Origin: Candidatus Omnitrophota bacterium
Lineage (GTDB): Bacteria > Omnitrophota > Gorgyraeia > 2-01-FULL-45-10
NCBI GenBank assembly: GCA_026387165.1
Contig: JAPLMG010000114.1
Span: 1-38,237, forward strand
DNA: 38,237 bases
Direction: 5' to 3'
The notes beneath the pieces were generated by a model. That model searched no databases. It was not told the DNA's origin and worked only from the letters and a program-made list of their open reading frames with translations. The translations under genes were made by a program, and so were the position numbers. This document shows, piece by piece, positions 28,694 to 37,114 of this stretch (its first letter is position 1; each line of letters opens with the position of its first letter).

Positions 28694-28813
28694 ATTTAAA
28701 TTCTAGCTTTCCATAAAAATGGGTATCAATTCTTTTATTTTTTAAACTATCTAAGATTGCCTTTATTTTGTTTACCCTACTACCCGATCATAGCAAACAA
28801 GTGCTTTTTATAT

Positions 28814-31042
28814 CTATTGATTTCGTTCCTCTTTGACAGTTTTACTCAATAACTCCCAAGCACCAATTGGATCTAATTTTGAAGAAGCATAGTCGGCTGA
28901 TAAAAGTTCTTCAGTAAGAAACAAATCATATTTTTCCTTGGCTTTGTTTTGGATGGTTGAAGCAAGTTTCAAGGGATCAACGGGGACTTCTTTCACAATC
29001 TCCTGCAAGCTCTTTTCAAGCTCTATTTCACTTATTTTTGATACAAGGATTGCAATTTTCTCATTTTCCGCTTTAAGGCCGCGGGATCGAAGCTGTGCGG
29101 CAATCGTGTTCATAATTTTGTCTCCGGCCCAGCAAAAAAATATGGCATCATTTCCATGACCAATAATCCGCTGCTTGAGCAAACCCAAGCGATTGAAAGT
29201 CTCACGCCCTTCCATGAGAAGGTCAACGGCTCTTGGATTTAAAAATTTCGGAACTTCTTCTGAGGTATAAATTGCAAGCATTTCCCGGCGCACAAAATCA
29301 TGAACCCAACCTGTATCACCGAAAAATTTCGGCGGTTTGCCTCCTGATGCAGCCGCTAGCTCTATGACTTTTTTATGAGAATCCACTATAATGACGGACC
29401 ATCGCTTACCACCAAAAATCAGGAGTGACCCCTCGCTAATGGGGCGATCTATAGGCAAGGTTCCCAGGGTGCGAGATCCTGAAATAAGACGATATTCTTC
29501 ATAGGTTGTAAACGCTGTATAGAACGAATAGTGATTGACTATTTTTTCCCCCTGTTTTCCATGAAGCAAAAGTCCATCACCGCCCTGGCAGATGAGCTCA
29601 TGTTTTCCCATACTTCTCAACAAATTTGTATACATTGCTTGATCAACTGCAGAAAACGTAGCGTGGTGGCATAAGATTTTCCATGCCTGTTCAGCAGTTA
29701 CTCCGCCATATTGAGCAATCACTGACATAACCTGTTGAACCAATGTTGAAAGATGAAGCCCATTAATCGTCGGTGGCTCATACCATTTGGCAATTAATAG
29801 CTTGACCATTGCGATAGTCTGCACAAGATCGGCTCGTAATGCGTCAATCGGATGAGTATTTTTTGTGATTTCTTCTTCCTCGATATAAACTCGCAAAACG
29901 GCTGATGTTCCTGCTCTTCGTCCCGAACGGCCCAAGCGTTGGCGCATACTGGCAACAGAAGGCGGGACCCCGATCTGCACGATACTGTCCACAGCTCCAA
30001 TATCAATTCCCATCTCCAGGGTTGAAGTACAAATAATGCTGACCGGCTGGGATTTGTCTTTAATCGCCTTTTCCGCGTCTTCCCGAAGTTCCTTTGATAA
30101 GCTTCCATGATGCGGCCAGAAAGCATTGGGGACTTTTTTCTCTTCGCACAATCGTCTTAAAAGATCCGCGTATTTTTCCACATTTGACCGGCTATTGGCA
30201 AAAACAAGATTATTGCTTCCTCGTAAAGTTTTGAAAAGAGAATTCCGTATCGCTAAAACGCTCTCGTCATCTTCCTGTGCAGAATTAGCAGATTCTTTTT
30301 CTACTTCTATGGACGTAATATTTGGTTCCCGATGCAGATATCCTTTTAAGAGGAGGCGCAATTCCTGACCACTTGATTTTGAGACAATCAACACCACGTC
30401 GTTTCCATGTCCAGGACGCAAAAACTCTGCGGCAAGGGACATATCCCCCAACGTTGCACTAAGCCCAATCCTTGGGATTTTACGTTTAATTGAAAACTCC
30501 AGACGATGGAGTAACGATTGCAACTGACATCCCCTCTCAGTTCCGATAAAAGAGTGGAGCTCATCAATCACAATATAAGCAAGATTTTTAAAAAGAGACT
30601 GAACACTATGGCCTTGATTGACAAAAATTGCTTCGGTCGATTCCGGCGTTATTAGCAAAACGCCTTGAGGATGTTTAAGGAACTTCTTTTTCTTTGAAGA
30701 TGAAATATCTCCATGCCAAGGATGGACTTGAATATCAAGATTTTGACACAATTTCTCCATGCGCGAAAACTGGTCGTTAATAAGGGCTTTTAATGGACTA
30801 ATGTAAAGAACGGAGGCAGTTGGATTCTTTAATAAATTTGAGCAAATAGGCAGGAAAGCGGCTTCCGTCTTACCGCTTGCGGTGGCAGCAGCAATAATGA
30901 TATCCTTTTCTCCCTCCAAAATAGGAGTCGCTGCAGATTCCTGAGCATCACGGAGTTCTGTCCACCCCTGTTCCCAAATCCACTTTTGAATTCTTTCATC
31001 AAAAGAGGAAAAAACGGCAGACTGCGGGGTTAAGGATTTCAT
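28814..31042 (-). CDS. sngC: Shango-like SngC: Lhr-like DExH-box helicase
   Basis: 742 aa. Motifs are: motif I AATASGKTEAA, motif II IVIDELHSF, motif III LSATLG, HHGSLSKELRE, motif V TSTLEMGIDIG and motif VI QRLGRSGRR. It lies 7 nt downstream of the ATPase gene. Confidence 0.7.
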   Translation of the reverse strand: MKSLTPQSAVFSSFDERIQKWIWEQGWTELRDAQESAATPILEGEKDIIIAAATASGKTEAAFLPICSNLLKNPTASVLYISPLKALINDQFSRMEKLCQNLDIQVHPWHGDISSSKKKKFLKHPQGVLLITPESTEAIFVNQGHSVQSLFKNLAYIVIDELHSFIGTERGCQLQSLLHRLEFSIKRKIPRIGLSATLGDMSLAAEFLRPGHGNDVVLIVSKSSGQELRLLLKGYLHREPNITSIEVEKESANSAQEDDESVLAIRNSLFKTLRGSNNLVFANSRSNVEKYADLLRRLCEEKKVPNAFWPHHGSLSKELREDAEKAIKDKSQPVSIICTSTLEMGIDIGAVDSIVQIGVPPSVASMRQRLGRSGRRAGTSAVLRVYIEEEEITKNTHPIDALRADLVQTIAMVKLLIAKWYEPPTINGLHLSTLVQQVMSVIAQYGGVTAEQAWKILCHHATFSAVDQAMYTNLLRSMGKHELICQGGDGLLLHGKQGEKIVNHYSFYTAFTTYEEYRLISGSRTLGTLPIDRPISEGSLLIFGGKRWSVIIVDSHKKVIELAAASGGKPPKFFGDTGWVHDFVRREMLAIYTSEEVPKFLNPRAVDLLMEGRETFNRLGLLKQRIIGHGNDAIFFCWAGDKIMNTIAAQLRSRGLKAENEKIAILVSKISEIELEKSLQEIVKEVPVDPLKLASTIQNKAKEKYDLFLTEELLSADYASSKLDPIGAWELLSKTVKEERNQ

Positions 31043-31049
31043 AAAATTC

Positions 31050-32363
31050 TCAGAGTTGAAAAGAGGCTAAATTCTCTGTATCACCTTTTTCTGCTGGTTC
31101 TTCTGCCAAAGGTTCCAAGTCGGGGTTAGATTCTTTTTTAATTTCGACCGTGCCGATCAAATCCTGCCAGTTAACATTTTTATTCTGTTCGAGTACCGAT
31201 AACAAATTAACGAATGCCGTAATCGTCGTCCTGGGAGTCCTAAAATAGGCATCTCCAATTCTTTTTGAACAATGTTCCATAAAAGCCTTCAATCCGTCAT
31301 CAGGAAGAAGATAAGCTGCCGAATCTCCATAAGCAAAAACGTGTCGAATATTGCCGATTAAAATATAAAAATCTTCCGGGCTTAAGTTGCCTAACCGCAA
31401 TACTGGCCCCGTAAGATCAACCAATCCGTTAACGGCAAAAACATTTTCTACCAGACGCGATTGAAGAGCCGGATAACTATAGAGGCCGCGACGTGTATCC
31501 ATCAAAAATTCAGGAGTCCCTCCCATCAGAATACCTAGCCCTGAAGCAATCCCCTGAAGACTGTCGTTCAAGATGCGAAGAATTTGTTCATAATTAGAAT
31601 TCCGCGCTTGTGTATTTGAAAGCTTATAAATATTCACAAGTTCATCCAAACATATTAAAAATCCATCATATCCTGCCAATTTTATGAACAGTGCCATGAG
31701 TTTTAAATGATCGTAAAAAGAGGCGTCATCAATGATGACACGAACCCCCAAAGCTGTCCTGGCTTCTGTTTTGGTGGAGAATTCACCCCGCAACCACCGT
31801 ATAGCGTCCGATTTAAGTTGTTCGTTGCCGGTATCATGACCTTTCCAGTATGCAGCAATGACATTTGCGAAATCATAGCCGCCCACCATCTCTGAAAGTT
31901 TTGCTAAACGCTCATGAATTAAGGTTTCCGGATTGGTATTTCGCGCACATGCTTCTTTGAGAATTTCGGAAATAAAACGCTCTACGATACTGGTAAGAGC
32001 GCCACCATCCGGCTTGGTTCGTGTGGAAATATTTCGCATAAGTTCCGCGTACAAGGAGCGAGCCTGGCCGCCTGTAGCATGAAGTCTTCTGTCAGGTGCC
32101 AAATCGGCATTTGCTGTAACTAGCCTCTTTTCCATGGCAATCGCACGAATCAGGTTCAAAAAAAATGTTTTTCCTGAACCGTACTCTCCAATTATGAATC
32201 GTATTGTCGAACCAGAATCCGCAATACGCTCAATGTCCTTAATTAGAGCTTCTACTTCCTTAACCCTTCCTACTTGAATAAGATGCTGGCCGGTTCTTGG
32301 AACAACCCCTGCTCGAAGCGATTGTATAACCGCGTCACGGTCTTTAGGACGAATGGTTGTCAT
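31050..32363 (-). CDS. sngB: Shango-like SngB: P-loop ATPase (DUF2791-type)
   Basis: 437 aa. Walker A is IGEYGSGKTFF and Walker B is FLICLDELVN. Its start overlaps the stop of the TerB gene by 4 nt (ATGA), implying translational coupling. Confidence 0.7.
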   Translation of the reverse strand: MTTIRPKDRDAVIQSLRAGVVPRTGQHLIQVGRVKEVEALIKDIERIADSGSTIRFIIGEYGSGKTFFLNLIRAIAMEKRLVTANADLAPDRRLHATGGQARSLYAELMRNISTRTKPDGGALTSIVERFISEILKEACARNTNPETLIHERLAKLSEMVGGYDFANVIAAYWKGHDTGNEQLKSDAIRWLRGEFSTKTEARTALGVRVIIDDASFYDHLKLMALFIKLAGYDGFLICLDELVNIYKLSNTQARNSNYEQILRILNDSLQGIASGLGILMGGTPEFLMDTRRGLYSYPALQSRLVENVFAVNGLVDLTGPVLRLGNLSPEDFYILIGNIRHVFAYGDSAAYLLPDDGLKAFMEHCSKRIGDAYFRTPRTTITAFVNLLSVLEQNKNVNWQDLIGTVEIKKESNPDLEPLAEEPAEKGDTENLASFQL

Positions 32364-34681
32364 GTTTGAAGCTCCTTTAAAACATTAGGATTAATTTCAA
32401 TCGGGTCATCGCCTTCAAAAAAAGGCTGATCAAAAGCCGTAAATGCGGCATCATTTATTGAATCGAGCACACCATCCAAAAGTAAATCGTTTTTAGCGGC
32501 AAGAGCTTCGATTTCCTCTCTTGCCCAAGATAACTTCTGGGAAAGTTCTTTGATGAATCCATGATATTCGGATTCAAAATGCTTGAAATTTCCCGCCACT
32601 TCGATTATAGTTTTTTCGACAATAGGAGATAGTGTTTTCTCTTCGTTAAAAATATTGCTAAGCATCGCTGTCACTGCGGCGGTTTCGGCAAGTTTCACAT
32701 CAACCTTATTCATGTCGAGTTCAACACTCACGAACTTCTTCCTGTGAGCAGGCTTCGGTACAGCATAGGATGGCCCTTGCGTTTCCGCGTCCTCGATCTT
32801 AACCGGCTCTGTTGCCGCAATGTGAACATGGCTATAAAGCTCTTTGGAGTCAAGGCCAATAAGTCCGTAAATTTTATTCAATATTTTAACTTCGGAAGAA
32901 TCAATATAACCGTCCACTTGGGCAACTGAGACTAAAAACCTTCCGAGAGTTTGACGCTGCGTTTGATTAAAAGATTCCAAACGCTTTTTAACCCCTGAAA
33001 AATTTAAGGAACTGGAAAATATCCATCGCGTATGAGCACGCAGCCTTACTCTTTCATCTGAACTAAGCTGGAACCGGTTTTTTAATTGCTCCTCCAAAAG
33101 CCTCTCTTCTTCTTCAGATACTTTTCCATCTGATCCTGCAACCGCTGCTGCTAAGTGAAGGATAGTGGTGGCCGAAGCGTATTCCGGCGTAGGGGAATTA
33201 GCCGACTCCGTTGGCGATCTAAACAACACTACGGGTCCCGATTCCGGTAAAGAACCGTCAAACCGGACATCCGGCTCTATTCCAACGCCTATTTTGGCCA
33301 ATAACTGGCACAAAGCCATGAAATCACGCTTATTGAAACTTTCCGGTTTTAACAAAGGAAAATGTCGAACAATACTTTGAATATCAGTCACAAACATCTG
33401 ATCCGATACTATATTCTTGCTAAGCCATTGCTTCAAGGCTTGCAGTTCGTCATCTTGATAATCTTTCAATAGCGGAGCGGGAAATAACGCCAATTTAGCA
33501 AGTGGTGAAGGATCATTACCACTCCTTCCCAGATATCGACTATAAGGGTCAAGTTCTGAAACGCATGCTTCCGCAATTTTTAACATCTGGTTAATTGGCC
33601 CACGATATGCCGCAACATCCAACAATCCTTCCTCAACCCACTCAACGGCTCCTCCAAAAGAAGCACTTGCAGGACGATAACTACCTCTGAGCTTGGATCC
33701 CTTTTGGAGAAGCATTAAACCTTCTCCAAATTTTTCTCTGTAACGAACGTGAAATAATTTTCGGAATTCCTCTTTGCATCGGTATGCGGGCGTGCGTAGT
33801 CTGCTCTCTGGGTCATTTTCCACCCAAGCAAGAGCCCAATCAGGCGGTAGCGGTATGCCATCAGCGGCTAACTGAGCTAATCCTTTCTTCAAACCAAAAG
33901 GCAGCTCATATCCTTTTCCCTCAAATGATGGTGAATTTTTATACAACTTGTCTTTTGTTCTTCTCGATTCAACGGCACTTATAAAACCCGCTGTATAATT
34001 TAAAAAGGATGACGTATTGTAAATAGTTCTTAACCGTTTAATTTCGGTAAGAATTACCTCCAACTCTTCTTTTGCAGCAGATGAATTTTCTGCATCAGAG
34101 AGAGCTCGCCGCTCAAGACCATAAAAATAAAGAAAAACATAGCTAATATTAATACTGGGATCCTTGCAACCGTCCGCCAGCCACTGCAAATAAGCGTTTC
34201 TTGAAGCGGGATGAATCTGACTATACGATGGCCAATAGGACATGTGCATGCCATCCTTATCAAATGAATCTTTCTCCACAGGCAAAGAGGGGTCAATCAA
34301 TGCTGGTTCGATATCCCATCCAATGCCCCGTCCTCGTGCATAATATAAGCCATGACCAACGTAAAGCAATCCGCCCGAAATTGTATAGCCAGCAACTGTA
34401 ACAGGTTTTCCTTTGGGAATCCAAACATAATCAGGAAAAATAGAAGATTTTTGGCGGGAAGAATAATCTGAAGTAGAAATAGGTGCCCTATCGATTATAG
34501 GCTCTATATCTGTTGTCTTGTATATATATCCTCGTATATCTTGCTCTTGAATTGTTATCGTCGATGTGTCCAAACCATCCTCATGGCTTAATTTTTTCCC
34601 TGCGCCGTCTTGACGCTTTTTTTGTTGCGCCAAAGAAAAAATGAACATAAACACAATTATTAGTATGATGACTATCCCCAT
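32360..34681 (-). CDS. sngA: Shango-like SngA: membrane-anchored TerB-N / TerB / TerB-C domain protein
   Basis: The ORF track starts at a TTG (34711). I prefer ATG 34681, with AAGGGA 8 nt upstream, because a TATAAT box lies inside the TTG extension. It has an N-terminal TM (GIVIILIIVFMFIFSLA) and a TerB-N-like WIPKGKPVTVAGYTISGGLLYVG. TerB-like DG motifs are AVAGSDGKVSEEEE and VAQVDGYIDSSE. The TerB-C-like segment is VELDMNKVDVKLAETAAVTAMLSNIF. Confidence 0.7.
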   Translation of the reverse strand: MGIVIILIIVFMFIFSLAQQKKRQDGAGKKLSHEDGLDTSTITIQEQDIRGYIYKTTDIEPIIDRAPISTSDYSSRQKSSIFPDYVWIPKGKPVTVAGYTISGGLLYVGHGLYYARGRGIGWDIEPALIDPSLPVEKDSFDKDGMHMSYWPSYSQIHPASRNAYLQWLADGCKDPSINISYVFLYFYGLERRALSDAENSSAAKEELEVILTEIKRLRTIYNTSSFLNYTAGFISAVESRRTKDKLYKNSPSFEGKGYELPFGLKKGLAQLAADGIPLPPDWALAWVENDPESRLRTPAYRCKEEFRKLFHVRYREKFGEGLMLLQKGSKLRGSYRPASASFGGAVEWVEEGLLDVAAYRGPINQMLKIAEACVSELDPYSRYLGRSGNDPSPLAKLALFPAPLLKDYQDDELQALKQWLSKNIVSDQMFVTDIQSIVRHFPLLKPESFNKRDFMALCQLLAKIGVGIEPDVRFDGSLPESGPVVLFRSPTESANSPTPEYASATTILHLAAAVAGSDGKVSEEEERLLEEQLKNRFQLSSDERVRLRAHTRWIFSSSLNFSGVKKRLESFNQTQRQTLGRFLVSVAQVDGYIDSSEVKILNKIYGLIGLDSKELYSHVHIAATEPVKIEDAETQGPSYAVPKPAHRKKFVSVELDMNKVDVKLAETAAVTAMLSNIFNEEKTLSPIVEKTIIEVAGNFKHFESEYHGFIKELSQKLSWAREEIEALAAKNDLLLDGVLDSINDAAFTAFDQPFFEGDDPIEINPNVLKELQT

Positions 34682-34700
34682 CGCATCTATCCCTTGAATT

Positions 34701-34729
34701 ATTATAGACAAGACCTCTCAATATGACAC
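34701..34729 (-). promoter_or_regulatory. candidate promoter of the Shango-like operon (GTGTCA-N17-TATAAT), with the -35 inside a motif shared with the XRE gene
   Basis: The minus strand reads caGTGTCAtattgagaggtcttgtcTATAATaattcaagggatagatgcgATG. The -10 is a perfect hexamer at 34706..34701. The -35 at 34729..34724 overlaps the 11-mer AGTGTCATATT. Confidence 0.45.
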
Positions 34730-34876
34730 TGCTGAATCTTATTCGTTTTTGTCTTGCCGTTGAGTCCCCTAGCTCACAGTTAAAGAACTGAAGTCAATTA
34801 CCTATCTTTTGTACAAAGTCTTATTTACAAAAAGCGTACAAATGCTATCTTCTTTACACGTCTATTGTTCTTTAAA

Positions 34877-35053
34877 TCATTTACCGCCATTCAATAATTT
34901 CTTTATATGATACTGTTGTATTTTTCTCGGCTTATACTTACCATTCAGCCAGCGGTTAACAGTAGCGAATGCAACGCCTAATTCTTTCGCGAGCTGTTCC
35001 TGGGTAATTTTATTCTCAAGGCGATATTGTTCAAGTTCCTGTATGAGGGTCAT
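34877..35053 (-). CDS. XRE-family helix-turn-helix transcriptional regulator (58 aa; below the ORF-track cutoff)
   Basis: Hand translation gives [78 protein letters not shown] is a canonical HTH_3 motif. No SD is present, and a -10-like TATAAA lies 10 nt upstream of the ATG. Confidence 0.7.
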   Translation of the reverse strand: MTLIQELEQYRLENKITQEQLAKELGVAFATVNRWLNGKYKPRKIQQYHIKKLLNGGK

Positions 35054-35184
35054 AATATGACACTTTATAACACTATTTGGGGCAAGTCAAGCGGAATATG
35101 GGGAGAGGTCCGTGCGGCTATCTATCTTTGTGATCATAATGGTATTGCAGGACGAAAAGGAAGAGGTGTCAATGAAAAAAAAGG

Positions 35185-35829
35185 TTACTTATTAGATTTA
35201 GGTTGCGATGGCCCCCTATAATCGCGAGGATCTATACAGGTATCATAAGTCTGCCTATCGATTTTAATCCATTCTGTTTTATTGATACCTCTTGAATTCG
35301 TATAAGTTGGGCTTACGGGGAAGGCAGATGCTATTCTTATCCAACGTTTTTGCTCAATCGATATTACCCTAATCTCATCGGCTACTTCGCTTAAATCTTG
35401 ATCCTGGCTAAAAACTAGTGCTACATCATATACTTTTTGATGGGCAAGACGAATAATGTCGAGAGCTATGCGAATATCTATGCCTTTTTCTCGCCCCACA
35501 AGGAAAGTGTGAACATTGCCATTCGGAAGTGTTATTTTTTCATTATTATAACGTAGAGACCTTGAATATACTTCAATTCCTACCTGGCCCATAGAGGCTA
35601 ATTTATTATTCCAAAAAGTATTCCAAAAAATATTATCTTGAACATCAGGCACGCCAGTATAGAAACATATCTTGGCTAAATCCCATCCCTTAGAAGAACA
35701 TATTTTCTCTGACAGTTTTTTAATATCATAGTTAGGGTAAATATAGCCAAAGGCGTCTTTAGCGCCTCTATATAAGCACTGGCCATCAACAAAAACTACT
35801 GCCTTTTTTATAGTGGGTTCTTTTGCCAT
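35185..35829 (-). CDS. NYN (LabA/DUF88-like) domain protein, putative RNase
   Basis: 214 aa. Acidic NYN signature blocks are in order: VVFVDGQCLY, GREKGIDIRIALDIIRLA, and VALVFSQDQDLSEVA. Confidence 0.7.
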   Translation of the reverse strand: MAKEPTIKKAVVFVDGQCLYRGAKDAFGYIYPNYDIKKLSEKICSSKGWDLAKICFYTGVPDVQDNIFWNTFWNNKLASMGQVGIEVYSRSLRYNNEKITLPNGNVHTFLVGREKGIDIRIALDIIRLAHQKVYDVALVFSQDQDLSEVADEIRVISIEQKRWIRIASAFPVSPTYTNSRGINKTEWIKIDRQTYDTCIDPRDYRGPSQPKSNK

Positions 35830-35928
35830 TTTCGACTCCTATAACGAATAACCCCGCCCGAACCTTTGCAGGAATCAAGCGGGGATCAAGTAAACTTATA
35901 TAGTATCTATCATTTCTGAAGCAAAGTA

Positions 35929-35956
35929 ATTATACCATGAAAAACATCTTTGTCAA
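35929..35956 (-). promoter_or_regulatory. consensus sigma70 promoter (TTGACA-N16-TGgTATAAT) upstream of the NYN gene
   Basis: The minus strand reads cTTGACAaagatgtttttcaTGgTATAATtac. The -35 is at 35956..35951 and the -10 at 35934..35929, about 100 nt upstream of the ATG at 35829. Confidence 0.55.
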
Positions 35957-35992
35957 GCCTTCCTTTAACAAAAAATACTTCCTTTTTTCTGC

Positions 35993-36181
35993 CTAACTTA
36001 CCGACCAGACTAATGAAACTACCCAGCCCAAAACAGTCCATCCCAAAAGAAGGTTTAACAAAAATATAGCGAGCTTATTTTTATGCTGCTTTAAAAAGGC
36101 TACGAGAGTCGGCAGAAAATAAAACGCGAATATTAAAACGATCGCCAGCAGCTCAACTAACGATAATTCCTGCATCTGCAT
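35993..36181 (-). CDS. superinfection immunity (Imm_superinfect family) small membrane protein
   Basis: 62 aa with two TM helices. The segment FYFLPTLVAFLKQHKNKLAIFLLNLLLGWTVLGWVVSLVW matches the family signature (FLP...A..R.H.N..aI...NlllGWT.lGW..aLvW). Confidence 0.7.
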   Translation of the reverse strand: MQMQELSLVELLAIVLIFAFYFLPTLVAFLKQHKNKLAIFLLNLLLGWTVLGWVVSLVWSVS

Positions 36182-36184
36182 GGG

Positions 36185-37114
36185 TTAATACTCTCTTTCA
36201 AAAGCTATTGCACTTCCTGTTTTCTTGCTCATCATTAAGGCTAAATCTAGCAATGCCCAAATCCCAAAAACTATGGCTGATAATCCTAAAGCAATTACCA
36301 GAAATAGCCGGCCTTCTTTCAGTATAAAGCCATGCCAAAAGCTCCAGAGGATTACCTGCCAACCTTCATTGCTAAAGGCCAAGATCGGTTCATGATACCC
36401 AATCCTCGCGAACCAGTAACTGAATACCCAATACAGGTAATACATCCATAGAAAGAAGCTCCTTGTGGCTAAGGCAATAAATAAAACCCCTATTCCTACC
36501 AAGCCTAATACGTCATAGGGAGTGAGATTTTCTTTGAATATGTTACCCATCGCCTTGGATAAAAGCACCGTTTCGGAATACACCCAGGAGTATCTCTCTT
36601 CCAGTCTTGCAAGGAAAAGATAGGGCTTTAATCTTTCCATATCACCTGTCCTGCCGGTTTTCTTAAGAAAGTCATTAAAATCACTTACCGAAAGGCTTCC
36701 TAAGTTTCGGTCCGGATTTTTAAGATCATGGCAGATAGCCCGGGAGCAGCTGCCGGTTAAAGTAAAGGCCTTCTTAAGACCATAGCTAGTGCCGGAAGGC
36801 GCAAAATCAAACTTCCATGATCCGGGAATCCCAAAATAGCCTGTTCTCATAAAATAGGCTGATTCCCGGTTATCTCTAGTGACATCTCGTGGCGGCACAA
36901 CCATCATAAGGGCGCTGGCACCAGATATATCCTCTAAAGAAGAGCCTAAAAGGCCGGTCTTCACTACCACGGGGATATCAGGATAAGGCCCAAAGAAGGC
37001 GGCCTTCCTTGCGTAATTTAGGCCAACATACCACCCGAAGCCTACATAAACAATCGGAAGCAGTAATAGCACCCTTATGAAAAACTTTTTTACGCAAAGA
37101 TATCTATTTATCAT
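36185..37114 (-). CDS. hypothetical polytopic membrane protein
   Basis: 309 aa. It has an N-terminal TM (VLLLLPIVYVGFGWYVGL), a soluble segment of about 170 aa, and three C-terminal hydrophobic helices. It overlaps the upstream gene by 11 nt and ends 3 nt before the Imm-like gene. I recognise no motif. Confidence 0.6.
   Translation of the reverse strand: MINRYLCVKKFFIRVLLLLPIVYVGFGWYVGLNYARKAAFFGPYPDIPVVVKTGLLGSSLEDISGASALMMVVPPRDVTRDNRESAYFMRTGYFGIPGSWKFDFAPSGTSYGLKKAFTLTGSCSRAICHDLKNPDRNLGSLSVSDFNDFLKKTGRTGDMERLKPYLFLARLEERYSWVYSETVLLSKAMGNIFKENLTPYDVLGLVGIGVLFIALATRSFFLWMYYLYWVFSYWFARIGYHEPILAFSNEGWQVILWSFWHGFILKEGRLFLVIALGLSAIVFGIWALLDLALMMSKKTGSAIAFEREY

Noticed and set aside
32360-34681. 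TerB-domain protein as part of a tellurite-resistance (ter) operon.
   Set aside because: No terA, terC, terD, terE or terZ genes are present. The TerB-N/TerB-C architecture coupled to an ATPase and a helicase fits the Shango-type defence triad instead.
34682-34711. TTG start at 34711 for the TerB gene, as given in the ORF track.
   Set aside because: A perfect TATAAT box (34706..34701) lies inside that 10-codon extension. The downstream ATG at 34681 has an AAGGGA SD and begins directly at the TM helix. I consider the ATG more likely but cannot exclude the TTG.
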